Assembly (NCBI GenBank): GCA_000165425.1
Contig: CT868307.1
Span: forward strand, 1-64,000
DNA: 64,000 nt
Direction of reading: 5' to 3'
DNA from: Paramecium tetraurelia
Taxonomy: Eukaryota
Shown here: in pieces, positions 38,401 to 51,482 of the stretch
Layout: each line of letters starts with the position of its first letter
Numbering within the stretch: position 1 is the stretch's first letter
Notes under the pieces: model-generated
Seen by the model: the letters and a program-made list of their open reading frames with translations, nothing else
Databases searched by the model: none
Told to the model about the DNA's origin: nothing
Made by a program: the position numbers and the translations under genes

Positions 38401-40885
38401 TTCATTATAAGAGGAGCATTTCAAACAGATACCCTTCAATCTATTATAATAATAGCCCTTTTGACACTCTCCACAATAATACTAATTAGAAGCTGGTTGA
38501 ATGCACTTATTGCAATTGAGCATGAAACGTTGGCAATTATGGATCATAGTTCCTTTAGAGAAGTCATCTGTTGCAGTCTCGTAACATACGGCCTTTCCAT
38601 TAAAATCAATGTATCTTTTCAAGCAATCGGTGTCTATTTGTTGGACGATCTCACAAATGCCAGTAGCAAAATTAAACTAATAGCCCTGATAACATAGGGC
38701 ACAACCAGTGACTAATTGCTCCCTGTTAATTTATTTGTTAAGTTGAATGACTGAACTGTAGCTTACATCATCCTGATAATATTCAAAACAGAATTTGCAC
38801 TTCTGTATTGAACAAGGCAAGCAAAGATCTGAATCATAAGATTAAAAATAGTTATCTTCGCATTCTTCACATTTTTCTGTCCGATATAATAAGCAATGCT
38901 ATATTGAAGATGATTGAACACTAAAAGTGGTGCATATATATTCTCCAAAATAGAATTTTCCACTTGAGCAACCTAGGAACGCCCTTTTACATTTGCCATC
39001 GATCAAATAACTTTTAAGTTGACAAACGATATAAGTTGGTTTTGATAAGTGGACATACTTAGATAATTTACAATCTGTGAGAAAAGGTAAAGTTAAACAT
39101 AACTACCTACAAAACTCGCACAATATGAGTTCTAAATCTTGAAAAATATAAACATCATATTAGTCATCCTAGAAAAAAAGTAATTACACAAAGTTATCAT
39201 TAGGTTTATATGGGGAATTATCATCATCCTTATTTATTTAAACCTAAGTTTTTAAACATTTTGGTTCATAAACCCAAGTATTAGGATTTGCAAGGCAAAG
39301 AAAGCATGGGTATTTCCTATTGACTTTTGGACTAGCATATAGCAATAGAACAAATATATTACCATTGATAACAAACATTCTCATATCTAAAATATCCAAA
39401 GGAACACACTACATTAGGATACTCACTATCGTACCTTGGATCAAGAGACAACGGTATTAACTTCTCCTATCTTTAAGGATATCCATCGATGCATGAACTA
39501 TAACCGATCTCCAAATATCCAGTTTTGCACAAGCATTCATGGGTTCCCACATAATAATCCCTGTATCTAGATGCCTAACAACTCAAGCATTAATTGGAAT
39601 AAGGGCCAAAACAAGTTAGGCAATTTGTGTGGCATGATATTGGCAGAGGAGAAGCACTCCCCAAATTTGAAAAATACCTTAATTAATTAAATTATCCTGG
39701 TGTGTTACTGTAATAGGAGGTTTAATCGTTGATATATCCTCCAAAAAATATTGTTTGGTTTGTATCTGAGTATAAGTAAACTTATTTCAATACTTACACA
39801 ACATTGTCTTGAGGGTGTTATGGAAATGACAGTGATATGGATACTTAGTTTTGTTGATAAGCAATAGATAAGTGATGCCACTCATACAATGATTTGGGGA
39901 TTTAAAAATGAAGAGGTTTTTAGATTGAGTTTATGGTATTAGATTACAGAACAGGGAATGTATATGAATGACAATCTAATTTAATTGAAGTTGAATCTGT
40001 ATTAATCTAGTATTACAAGTTAATTAATTCATTTGAATCGCCAATATTGGCATTTGGACTTGCTAATATTTTTAGTACATTAACGACGTCATACTCATTA
40101 GTCTTATTCACCTTAATCCATGTAGCTATTCCAAAGCATTTGTTAATATTCGAAGTAATTTGGTGGGTTTCAAAATCTGTTTTATCGAATGTTCTTAAAG
40201 CCATAATTTCATAATATGAGTTATAAGTGCAAGAAATGCTCTAAGGCCAAAACTTACTACTCTTATCCAAAACCTGCAATCTGATTGGTCCTTGGAAGAA
40301 TAAATGGTAATACTGCCCAATCTATGATTTATTGAATATTCATACATCTTATGTCTTCCCAGCTTACAATTCCAAATATTCTGACACTTCAATGTTATAT
40401 CCTGAATAAATTTTGTTTAACAAATTTGTCATATTCTGATTTTGATAACATGTGACGTTGACTTACTTCAGAGCCAAGTTGTTTCTTAATTCCAAGGTGA
40501 ACCAATTGCCTTCAATCAACAATGGATCTTGGGGTAATTCAAATACTTCCAAAATCCTTGTTTAAGTTACATCATTGATTAAGTGCACTTCCATGCATAT
40601 TTTAAAAGCTGAATCTATTGCTAGGTAGGCTAGGACAGCTATGGATTTATCTGAGGTCAAAGAAAATATAATATATTTATTTTGGTCGGATTGGAAATTG
40701 TTGTAATATTAGTATGACAACGGAACGTATTTGAATTCAGCAGTAATGTAAATGTACTATTGGAGGTAAGTCAAATTTAACTACTATGTGAATTGCTATT
40801 GAGTTGGGTTGAGGGTTTGGGTTATTGTGCTTATGGCTGATCTAACTTCTTAAATCACGCATAATATGCCAATAAATAGTAACAT
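32485..40885 (-). CDS. Giant (~2750 aa) surface protein: signal peptide, beta-rich N-terminus, furin-like Cys repeats, GGAI/FxxN beta-helix, multi-TM C-terminus
   Basis: Signal MLLFIGILCVI; CHTNCLTCFGP and CKFCF..GCALC repeats; FINNIANDGGSIF, FLQNEADNSGGAIF, FYENKASTGGAIF; GALCEECD; TM block with YLINEY....YYWELIK. Segments I checked stay in frame with a few short introns; I did not translate it end to end. Confidence 0.8.
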
Positions 40886-41219
40886 ATTTTGGATTTATTT
40901 TATTAATGAGCACTAATAAATGATATTTAATAGTGCATTAATAATTTGTTGTTAAAACCAATTATTAATTTTTTTTGAAATACCAAATGTCCAATAAGTT
41001 AAATTATTTAAAATATATTGAATTTTAGAGGAAAAAGCAAGTACATTTTGGAGTTCTCATCATTTCAATTGATTACTTTTGTATTATTTATTGATTATTA
41101 TTCATTCTTTATAGAGAATTAAATAAACCCCATTAATTTAAATAAGAATAAAGGTGAAATAAGAATCAATAATTAAAATTAAATCTGACTTACTTTACAC
41201 ATTAATATAGATCTTGTTA

Positions 41220-41662
41220 ATGGTATTAACTTTTGAAGATCCTATTCCAAAACAACCTATATGGAAACCAATCTGCTCCGACTCTCTTTATCTCTAATTT
41301 CTTAATTTATACTATGCTAAATTAAAATCAAAGTGGCCTATTGGTCTATTTTTATGTAATTAATATAAATAAAAATTATGTAAAAATTCTCTAATTCCTT
41401 TCTTAGATTAGCAAAGGTACATTCGAGATTCAGTGGTTGCGGCAATTGTCACTGTTGTTAAAATAAGGATTGTAAAAATAATAAAAACAGCGAACCGATT
41501 CCAATCACTAAAAAATACTCTCACTTGATCAATTACAAAGAGACTGATTAAGTCACGGAAATCCTAACTGAAGTTACTTAAAATACTGACAACAAGGAAT
41601 TTGAAAAAGGCAATCAACCTTTTTAAACATTTAATAAGAAGAACATAAACAAAAGAGTTTGA
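41220..41662 (+). pseudogene. Hypothetical small gene or pseudogene with a CxxCxC motif
   Basis: Canonical-looking intron at about 41380-41406, followed by FSGCGNCHCCQNKDCK...KKNINKRV*. I could not join it cleanly to an upstream ATG. Confidence 0.3.
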
Positions 41663-41761
41663 ATTAATTTAATTTATCAAATTATTATACAAAGCATTGT
41701 TGTGCATTCTAGAAATGTATTAATTCTATAAATTTGAGTAAGTATATAATATAAATAAAAT

Positions 41762-42175
41762 TCATTAAGATGAACAGAGAGAATCTAGGAATTCCTTTTG
41801 AGCTGGACTGAGCTTTGCTGAGCAATTAATCATCTCTTTGTATTTGTTTGGAGCGATTAAACAAAATGAGACTGATTTGCGAATACTTGAGGTCTGTACA
41901 ATATGAGAATTGGTTGTTGTTTTGAGAATGCTTTTAATGTTTACACCCTAATCAAGTTTTTTGATCATAGAGTATTTGGATTAGTTAGAATTCTCTTAAA
42001 TCTCTTCAAATGAATGACTTGTTAGTTATATTTCATCATCTGAACATACTGATTCATCTATTATTTTTAGTATATCCTTCTTCTATTAGTTACTTTAGTT
42101 CAATTCTTGAACCACTTCCTCATTTAAGTTGATGTCATTAGTAGTAATAGGGATTTTTAGGCAAGTTGATCCCAT
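41762..42175 (-). CDS. 137-aa putatively N-acylated protein with SILK and RVxF-like motifs
   Basis: Intronless ORF: MGSTCLK..., acidic middle, KSILK, then RKSVSF. Confidence 0.7.
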
Positions 42176-43159
42176 TTTTGGTAATTTAATTACAAGTTGA
42201 TGTGAATTCTTTAAATGCTATTAATACTCAAACACCTAATAAATTCTGATTCCCATTTGAGACATTGTGATAATATTGAATATTCTATGATTTATATAAT
42301 AAGTCTCACTTTGATACATTTTAGCATATACCTTAACCAATTGATGTACGTCATCATGATGGCAATATTTTGTATTGCACAACTCTAAGGCTAATTAGGA
42401 ACAAAAAATATTTAAAGAAAAACTCTTATGAAGAAGCCTAGATAAAAACAAATTCTATTAATCAAACTTAAAACTGTAATCGAATGATATACAAATAGTA
42501 TTCAAGTCTTTACTAAAAACTCTCAGAACAACTACCTTAGAAACAATAATAATATTGATTGTCACTAGTTAATCATTTAATAATGTTAATGAATCTTTTA
42601 TTTCAATTAATACAATTAAAGTTTTAATGATGAATTAATATTATCTACTATTTCTTTCTGAGTGGAAGTTTAGAAGGTTAAACTGAAGGGACAGATTTAA
42701 ATGTTCAAGATATAGGAAATTGTAGAGAGCACAAAATCAGACCTTTGGTAATGATTTAAAAATTTACTACTCCATAAATCCCTAAAAGAGTGTTAAATTC
42801 AAGAAAGATTAGTAAGGGTAATTATCAATTCTCTCTGGGCTTAATTGTTTTTGTAATGAGTATAAAATTATCCAAAAAGTAAATTAATTTAGAAGTAAAA
42901 TATTTGAACTAAACCAAATGAGTGGTGTTGAGAAACCAATAATTTTAATTTGCTGAGCTTTATCTTCCATGTTCAGAAAATTGTTCTTACGGTTTTGATT
43001 CTTGAAACGAGTTATTATGAGTTACCTTCAAGTTTTTATTATTGTAAGGCTAATTCGTATGCGTATGTTGATCTGATGGATTAGAAGTCTTTAATCCCAG
43101 GTATTTCTCATTTGTTTATTACATAATTGGATTATCAATATTATATTAATATTGTTTAA

Positions 43160-43849
43160 ATGATAAGAAATATCCTGATACGAGGGAAAAATGTTCCGTT
43201 TTTAAAAGGAGAGAATGTTCTGATGGATCATTTCAATAAGGTGGAGTAGGCCAAGAAATTTTAAAATTATTTAAACTCCTGGGAACAGTCAAACGTTGAA
43301 GTCAAATAAATAGAGGTATCTTACGTGTACATGTTTGGATAAAATGTTGGTTTTGTCAATTTAGTAGTTGATGCATATTTGAATGGAATCAGGTTGCCAG
43401 GCTTCGTATTTCTGAGAGGAGATGCTGTAGCAATTCTCTTGTTAGTCAATAAGAAGATGGTGCTTACATAACAATTTAGAGTGCCAGTTGGTAAATTTAC
43501 AATAGAAGCACCTGCTGGCATGATGGATGAGCAAGGAGACTTTGGAGGAGTGGCAGCAAAGGAGATAAAAGAGGAAACAGGAATCAGCATTTAGCATAAT
43601 GAGATGCAGTATTTATAGGATATGCTTGTATCTCCAGGAGGAAGTGACGAAGTGATTCATTTGTTTGTTGTAGAGAAGAATATGGAATAGGCATAATTAG
43701 ATGAGTTGTGTTAGAAGACACATGGAGAAGAAGGAGAAGGAGAATAAATAAAGTTAGTAATCCAAGATTTTACATGGGAAAATATATTAAAGACTTAGGA
43801 TTCTAAATTGATAGCAGCTGCGGCAGCTTATTATAGTAAAAAACAATGA
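43160..43849 (+). CDS. Nudix hydrolase, ADP-ribose/ADP-sugar pyrophosphatase type
   Basis: Intronless, 229 aa. RGDAVAIL, QQFRVPVG, Nudix box EAPAGMMD...AAKEIKEETGI, SPGGSDE, GEQIKL. Confidence 0.92.
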
Positions 43850-44379
43850 GGCATATATCATATTTATTAAAAATGAAATTATGTGGTCTAAACAGGAGAA
43901 TCTAATAATATTTTTATTTCAATTTATTTTATATTGTAATGTATTGGTTATAAAAACTAAATGAGTTAGAATATTAAATTTATATTACATCTATTCAAAT
44001 TTTTTATTAAGTGATTGATATCAATTAATATCAATTATGAACAAGACAAGAAATGTTAAAGTAATCAATAAAATATGTAGGTGAATAAGTAGTATGGAGT
44101 AAATTCACTTGAAAAGAATTGAAACTCACTTTAATATAGTTAAATTTTAAATGTACTGATCCATCAAAAGAATCATGAAATTATACCTAAATTTTTTTTT
44201 TTTAAATTTTCATGAATTATTATTGAACTTAAGTGGAGAAATCAGGAAATAGATTTGGTAATTATGGTTAATTTATCTTTTTGCATAATTTTAAGTTGAT
44301 AAGAAATATTTTTAGTAAAAGTTAATTACTAGATTTAAATATCTTACCATTTCTATTTTCATATAATATTATATTAAAT

Positions 44380-45000
44380 GGTACGCATTGCCAGACTCTA
44401 ATTATTAAATGAATCAATAATCGATCATCTGATTTTGAATCATGGAACGAATTAGTTTACTCGAATGTTGTGGCTTCTAAGATATCATACCTTCAAATGA
44501 AGAGTTGAAAACATTTTTGTACTTGTTATTTACTCTTGCCAACAGATCATAAACTTAATCTCTAATTTGAATTGTTAAATCAAAAGTTTAAGATCCTGAT
44601 AGTTAAGTTTTTCTTCTCCTTAGATAACTATTTAAATGTAGACCTTTGTCCAAAGAGAATTTATGTTCATTTCATCAGCCAATCATAAAAATATCTCGAT
44701 ATTTCCATCATCCTTTCAAAAATGATTGATTTATTAATTATGGTTTCAAGAAATAAATTAATCGAAATTGTAAATATAGACCAAAATGTGTCAGGCTTTA
44801 AAATTGATTTTAACCCATTCGGTTTGAGTCAGGACATTAAAAGTGGATGATTACTGATGTTATAATTGTATTTAAATGTAGAGCAGATGATGGGGATTGG
44901 CTTAACTAAATTTATAAGAGTTGATAAAAACTATTGAATTTCTCCAAATTAGAGCTTTAGACAGATCTGAGTAGAGATACAAAGTTTTCACACTGACCAT
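44380..45000 (-). pseudogene. Possible degenerate gene remnant
   Basis: Codon-like minus-strand segments (e.g. QVYDLLARVNNKYKNVFNSSFEGMI) separated by TGA stops and frame changes. Confidence 0.2.
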
Positions 45001-45041
45001 TAGAATTTAAAAAGTTATGCTTAATATTTAATTTAATTTTA

Positions 45042-45608
45042 ATGGCAACACACAAGAAATAAGTTAATTCTCTCTTCAACGTTCGGTTTTTTCCTGACAA
45101 AACTCCTTCGAACAATGTAGTCAAGGCACGAAGCCCAGTCATTTATCCAACTCACAGATTATAATAATAGCGAATGGCGACAATAAATCTGAATTAATAG
45201 AATTAGGAGGCACCACTGAAAAAACCTCAATTATCACGTTGTGGGAGTATGGGGATGCAAACAGAAATGCCGTGCTCGGAAACTTTAACAAAACTGTTGG
45301 AAATAGAAAATGACATTCAATCTACTGAAGTGGAGACTATTAGCATTGACAAATTGTAGAAATGGAGGAAAGCTTTGGTGGATCAATGTGAACTGATGGA
45401 GGAGTAAGTGGAGAAGCAGGAGAAGGATGCTCATCAATATGCATTCAAGGTGGTGCCTCACACTCAGATGATAGAAAGGAGGATAGCTGAGGAAATTCAA
45501 AATCGGGAAAAATTGTAGGCTCAGACTTCTTAGATGATTAAATATTAAGAATAAGAAATTAATTAATTACTTTAAAAGATCTAGGCGTTGCAAGAGTCCT
45601 TGAAGTGA
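45042..45608 (+). CDS. Hypothetical coiled-coil protein (188 aa)
   Basis: Intronless ORF from ATG 45042 to TGA 45606-45608; E/Q/K-rich helical C-terminal half. Confidence 0.75.
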
Positions 45609-45722
45609 TGATATATTCTTATTTTTTATGTAATTTATATTTTTCCAAGGATTATCATAAAAATAATTTTTAAATTTATGTAAGCTTTATCTCTATAGAA
45701 GCTTGTGTATTAAGCACAATAA

Positions 45723-47895
45723 ATGGCTTAGAAGGAACATTTTGCTGGCAGTTGGGATGCCTTGGTAGACATGTTCGACAAACGTCTCCAACTCTACAAA
45801 TACAACCGAGTTGCCCTAATAACTGAATGCAAACCAACTATTGGTATTGAGTTTTATCCGGCTATTAAAAATGAAAAAGATCTTTTGAATCACATCATGC
45901 GACTTCACCTCTATTTGCCCTAGGTTTTTTTTAATTAGGCGTAATTTTACGAGTTTAGCACAGCTCTTGATGACCGGAACATATTTGATAGAAGGAATGT
46001 AGGGTATTTTGTTATTCTAATTGAAGTTCTCTCTTGGGCATGGCCTTTATGGGTATCGTTGGTTTCTTAGCCTTGGGTTTTACGATCATGGGCATGATAG
46101 CTGGAGGAGTTCTCGGAGTTATGCTTGGTAGGTATGCAGGTCGCCGTATGAAGAAGACATTTACATCCCAGAAGGTCTTATTGGAGTTCGACATCTATTC
46201 GATCAGATTACGTTGCTTCATCAAATGGGCAGAAGAGAGAGGTAAGACCTACAGATGCAATGTCAATTTTGTAAGGTTCATAGCAGAAAAGTTGTTATTG
46301 GAGACAAAGACTGCTTTGCATTACAAATAATTCAATGCTGATCAGTAAAAATAAGCAAGAAAGACCATACTCAAGGTAGCTGAAGTCTTCAATGAGAAGC
46401 ATTTCATACACGCTCTTATTCTGTCTCTTAAAATGTCTCATGAGTACTTACGCATCTTGAAGTTATTGAGTGAAAATAGTGAGTTGAATCGTGGAGACAT
46501 TGAAGAGTTTCAGCACTTCAAAAGTTTTAGATCTGAACTTGAGGTTTGTTTAATGAAGGCCATAGACAATGTCTTGAGGCCTTTGGTTAGGTTGCTGGAG
46601 GACTCAGATCCAAAATCTAAAGTACTGAAAAAGATTAGAGACTAAGCTAAAGGTTTCCTAATTCAAAAGGAAATCGTTCAATTGACTAAGCAATTTCCAG
46701 ATCCACAAATGAGGATCACCTACATTAAGATGTTGGCTGAGAAGATGAAACAACCAATCAAAAATGACAGTATAATTTCATATTTGAAGAAATAACATTT
46801 CAGAGATATTGAGCAAATTGGTATTGTAATAGATCAGCATGTTGACTAACAAGTCGAATAACAGTTGGGTGGAGATCTAAAGTAAATTGAACTCGAGATT
46901 ATTCAAGAAGAGAATGATCAAAACATGTCTCCTAAAAATTAATTGAAATCTCAATTGTCAGCCAGTAGTGAGTCTGAGTTTTAACCACTCCAAGAGGAGT
47001 ATCCAAAGTCAGCACAAAAGCAATAAGAATTATAATTAAAAATAACTCAACATCCAAATTTAGTGTTTATAGATTCTAATTAAGGTGACTTGGTTATCCA
47101 AAATTCTCTGGCCTAATCTTTGAGTTCAGCTGATATCAAGCAAATCCTTGAACCTGAGTAGCAAATCTCTTTGAAACAACACTAATCAGTTGAAGTCAAA
47201 TAATAACTTGTATAATATTCTGAGGAGACAACAACAAAGTTTGATCTCTTTCTCCAATTTTTTGAGGAATCAACCGACACTTGGGAATGTGTTACTACTA
47301 AAGAGGACATCTACATATACAAATCAATGAAACCAGGTTGTGGTAGTGTCTTTCTCAAAGGCCATTCATTTATCTACGGCCACGATAAGCAAGTGGTCTT
47401 CAATGCAGTGTACTAGAAGGAATTCAGGACCAAGTGGGACAAAATCATGCAGAAGTTCAATATAGTAAGACACGAACGAGAAGACATCGATATCATGTAT
47501 TATGTTGTGGTTCCTCCAATACCAATAGTGAGCACAAGAGAATGGTTGTAAAGGAGAGTCCTGAGATATGACTTCCCTTATAAGGGACAAATTTGTCTGC
47601 TGTTCTACTCAGTAGATTTACCAGAATTTCCAATTTCAAAGAATCCAGTACGTGCGCATACTGAAATTGCTGGTATGTTAAATTTACATTATTTTAAGGT
47701 TATGTTTTTGAGAACACTTCTTCTGGCACTAAAATTACATTTGTCTCTAATAATGATATCAAAGGCTCAATTCCTAAGTTGTTGGTTAATCACGCTAGCG
47801 CAAAGGGTCCATTTGGTTGGTTTGGCAATTTGCGCAAGGCTTGTGATTTATACAGAAAACACAATGGTGATCTCAGTAGAATAGTTATATCATGA
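45723..47895 (+). CDS. Membrane-anchored START-domain lipid-transfer protein
   Basis: Gly-rich hydrophobic segment GMAFMGIVGFLALGFTIMGMIAGGVLGVMLG. C-terminal START domain with RTKWDK, YYVVVPPIPIVSTREW, PVRA and DIKGSIPKLLVN. Two introns. Confidence 0.85.
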
Positions 47896-47968
47896 ATAAA
47901 TTTATAATCAGTTATTATTTGTTGTTATTCCCTCATTAATTATAATATAAATTTGCTGTTAAATTTTT

Positions 47969-49002
47969 ATGTGGTAAACTGCAAACTCAGTTCTATCGAT
48001 TATTACAAATACTTACGAAAACACAAGGGGAGTGGAATGTTTGGACAAGAAACCTCAAATCTAGGACCCAATAGAAGAAGAAACTCGAAATAATTACAGT
48101 GAGAATGAGGATTTCAATCAGGCAGATAAAGGTATTAGTCATGTCTAAAATAGAATTCGATCCTACTTAATGGAATTTAAGAAACTTTGAAATGGGTAGG
48201 TACCTGGGAAATGGCAAATTTGGACATGTTTACTTAGCGAGGTAATCATTATTTTATATCCGATTAGGGAGCGTGAAAGTAAATTCATCCTGGCTTTGAA
48301 AGTGATAAGCAAAAGACAACTGAATCTCTGTTAATTGACTGGATCTCTAACCAGAGAAGTAGAAATACTCACACATCTCAAACATCCTAATATTATTAGT
48401 TTTTATGGCTTCTTTTAAACAGAAAAGCGTGTTTACTTGATGCTAGAATGGGCTCCATTGGGAGACTTGTATGGTTTAATGAAGAAGTAATAGAATAAGA
48501 GGTTCAATGAGAAAATGGCATCAAATATTATCAAGCAAATAACAATGGCTATCGGATACATGCATTCGATGAATGTAATACACAGGGATTTGAAACCTGA
48601 AAACATTTTGTGTTTCAATGACGATGTGTTCAAGATTTCAGATTTCGGTTGGAGTGTTCACACACCATCGAATAGAAGGAAAACACTATGTGGTACTTTA
48701 GACTACTTATGTCCAGAAATGATTAATTATCAACCTCATGATAATAGAGTGGATGTTTGGACAATTGGAGTGTTAGCATACGAATTAGTAGTTGGTAATT
48801 ATTAAGATTATGAATAGGGAGACCACCTTTTGAATCCCACAATGAGAATGACACAAAAAGAAAGATATAGCATTTGTAATACTAATTTCCGTAGTGGAGT
48901 AGCTCAGATTTTCAGAATTTCGTAAAGGGAATCCTTCAACACGATTGCAATAAGAGACCCACAATCTAATAGATTTTAAATCATCCATGGATTGCTTAAT
49001 GA
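47969..49002 (+). CDS. Aurora-family Ser/Thr kinase
   Basis: FEMGRYLGNGKFGHVYLARE, ALKV, REVEILTHLKHPNII, HRDLKPEN, DFGWSVHTPSNRRKTLCGTLDYLCPE. Three introns. Confidence 0.93.
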
Positions 49003-49049
49003 ATTACTAATATATATTATAATAATTAAATAAATAAATTTGAAAAATC

Positions 49050-49559
49050 ATGGTACGAATATATATAGTTATTCATTTCAGATTAGATTTATCCTGTTGT
49101 AGAATAGATAGGGGAAGACGAGACTTTCGAAATGGTATGTGTATTATGATGATGCTGAGAAAGTAAAATTGCAAAATGAAGTTCATCGATTAATAGTTTG
49201 TAGAGACACTAAGCACACTAACTTTTTGGAAGTATTGAGAGTTTCATCATAATTAGTTTAGGAATTATAAAATCATCTACAAAAGATATGCAGGGTTGTT
49301 TTTTGCCTTGTGTGTTGATGTGAGTGACAATGAATTAACAATGCTAGAATTGATACATTTGTATGTCGAAGTATTAGACAAATACTTTGGAAATGTTTGT
49401 GAATTGGACATAGTCTTCAATTTCAATAAAGTAAATTAATGACACTACTATTGCAAGGCATATTCTATTTTGGATGAAATGATTGTCGGCGGTGAGATTG
49501 TTGAAACTTCAAAGCAAGTCATAATTAATGCAGTCAAGAATATTGAATTATTAGATTGA
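49050..49559 (+). CDS. AP2S1: AP-2 adaptor complex sigma subunit
   Basis: [56 protein letters not shown]. Three introns; the first coding exon is the ATG alone. Confidence 0.92.
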
Positions 49560-49572
49560 TACATTATATATA

Positions 49573-51482
49573 TCATTTATTTTTCTTTTTTTCAGCAGCC
49601 TTTGCATCAGCAATCCATTTCAATTATTCATCAACTTCCTTCCTGTATCTCATTTCATTTTTCATTCTCTTTATTTATTGCACACTCTCATCCACAAATT
49701 CATGATTCAAATTAAGCACCTCAGCCTCCTTCAACAATCCCTCCAATCCTAAGATAAAAATCTAATATGATACCCTTGATATTCTCATCCAAAGACTTTA
49801 CATCATTAGCCCACTCTGGAATCACAAACTTGGGTTCCTTCTTCTTTTTCTTCTTCTGATTCTACAAAGCCAACTTCAAAGGATCAATAGGTTTCCCTGT
49901 GATTGGATCGATGGGTTTCTTGGTCTTGGGATCCCATTTAATAGGATCTGGGATCTCTCTGGCAGGATACTCATTAAACATCTTCAATATTTTCTTGGCT
50001 TGAATAGCCTTAGCCATCTTATCCCTTAATTCCGAGGCCTGATCTATATATTACTTGTCCACTCCCTTATCTGTTGCTATAACTACTTTATCATTCAACA
50101 CAACCACCTATTCAGGTGTTGACAATCCAATATCCAAATTATCTAATTCAAATTGTAGATTTCTCTATCGATAATATTTAAATTTACCTCTGCTCTAAGT
50201 CTCTCCATCTCCTTCTCAGCTTCCTCCTTAACATGCGCATCAATCTTAACACCCCTATTTACTGCATCGTCTAACATTGACTGAATCTAGTTAACAGATT
50301 TCAAGATAGTCTTATAATTAGGCACATGTTTCAAAGTACTCAAATAATCCAATATCACATTCTAAGTCCTCAACTTTTCCTATTCAATCAAGGCAAATTT
50401 ATAATTCTTGGGATCAATTTCTATCCTTTGGAATTCTTCCTTTCCATTCTCATTCTTAATTACAATCCCCTTTTCAATCTCATTCAATTTCTCTGTCAAC
50501 AACTTATGATCTTATTTATCAATTATGCTCAGCAATTCTTCTGTGTGTTTCTGTATTGTGGTCCAACAATTCACACATCTCCCCTCTGGCTTTTCCAAAT
50601 CAGTCGATTCAGCATTCTCATACACCCATTCCATTCTATACTCCTCCTGCTTCCAAAATTTTCGACAAGTCATACAAAAATATTTGGCTGTTTAACCACT
50701 CACTTCCAACAACTTAATCAACTGCAAAATAAGGGCATTCGTTGCCAAATCCTTTGCTGTGTGCCCCCTTGTATTTGGTCTATCTACAGCTACTCCGTAA
50801 AACAAGAGTGTCTAAAACACCACCTAGTTCCCTCCTGATGCTGCCAAATGAACACTATTGTTCCCGAATTGATCCACATCCTATATTAAAATCTCTAATT
50901 TCTTATACCTCCCAACTCAATCCTGACTTTAATAATAACCATACAACCTGCACATGTCCTTTGAAACATGCCCACATCAATGGCGTCGAGCGCACTTATT
51001 AATTTATAACTCCCTAGACCACCTTCTTTGATAATTATTATGGGAAATTAAACACTGCAGACTATGCCCCACCTCCAGGACTTCCTCCGAAATAAGTCGA
51101 CTTGCTTGGAGATGATTAATTCATTGGACTTGAATAAATAGGCATTGTCTATGCAAAGTTCTGCAATATCAAAGCCATTTCTGGAACATATGGTGCTGCT
51201 GCTTAACGAGACAATAAAACACGCACTATTTCCGTATACCCTCTACATGATGCCCACATTAATGGATTCCATTTTTTCTTGTCTTCATACAAAACATTTG
51301 CTCTTTTATCTAAACAACGCTAGACTGCTGTTAAATCTCCTTTTTAACATGCAGTCAATCTAATCGGCTATTATACTTTCATACAATTGTTAATGCCAAT
51401 CCCCCTTCTGTCTCTTTTCATCTTCATCCATATCAGACTCCTCCTCTATCGGTTAATCCATCAGTTATTTTTCTGGGTCCAT
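49573..51482 (-). CDS. Ankyrin-repeat protein with a CxxC...CxxC motif and helical/coiled-coil C-terminus
   Basis: WNPLMWASCRGYTEIVRVLL, STPLMWACFKGHVQVVWLLL, GNNSVHLAASGG, RGHTAKDLA, then YFCMTC...GRCVNC. Several short introns. Confidence 0.85.

Noticed and set aside
40801..40825. Telomere-like TTGGGTTGAGGGTTTGGGTT
   Set aside because: Imperfect, short and encodes TQTLNPTQ within the giant gene; not a telomere addition site.
42826..43124. ~100-codon minus-strand ORF upstream of the Nudix gene
   Set aside because: No motifs, and an alternative frame looks equally coding-like but is stop-interrupted.
50326..51363. Plus-strand ORF-track entries (170, 86 and 72 aa)
   Set aside because: Antisense shadows of the minus-strand ankyrin gene; no protein motifs.
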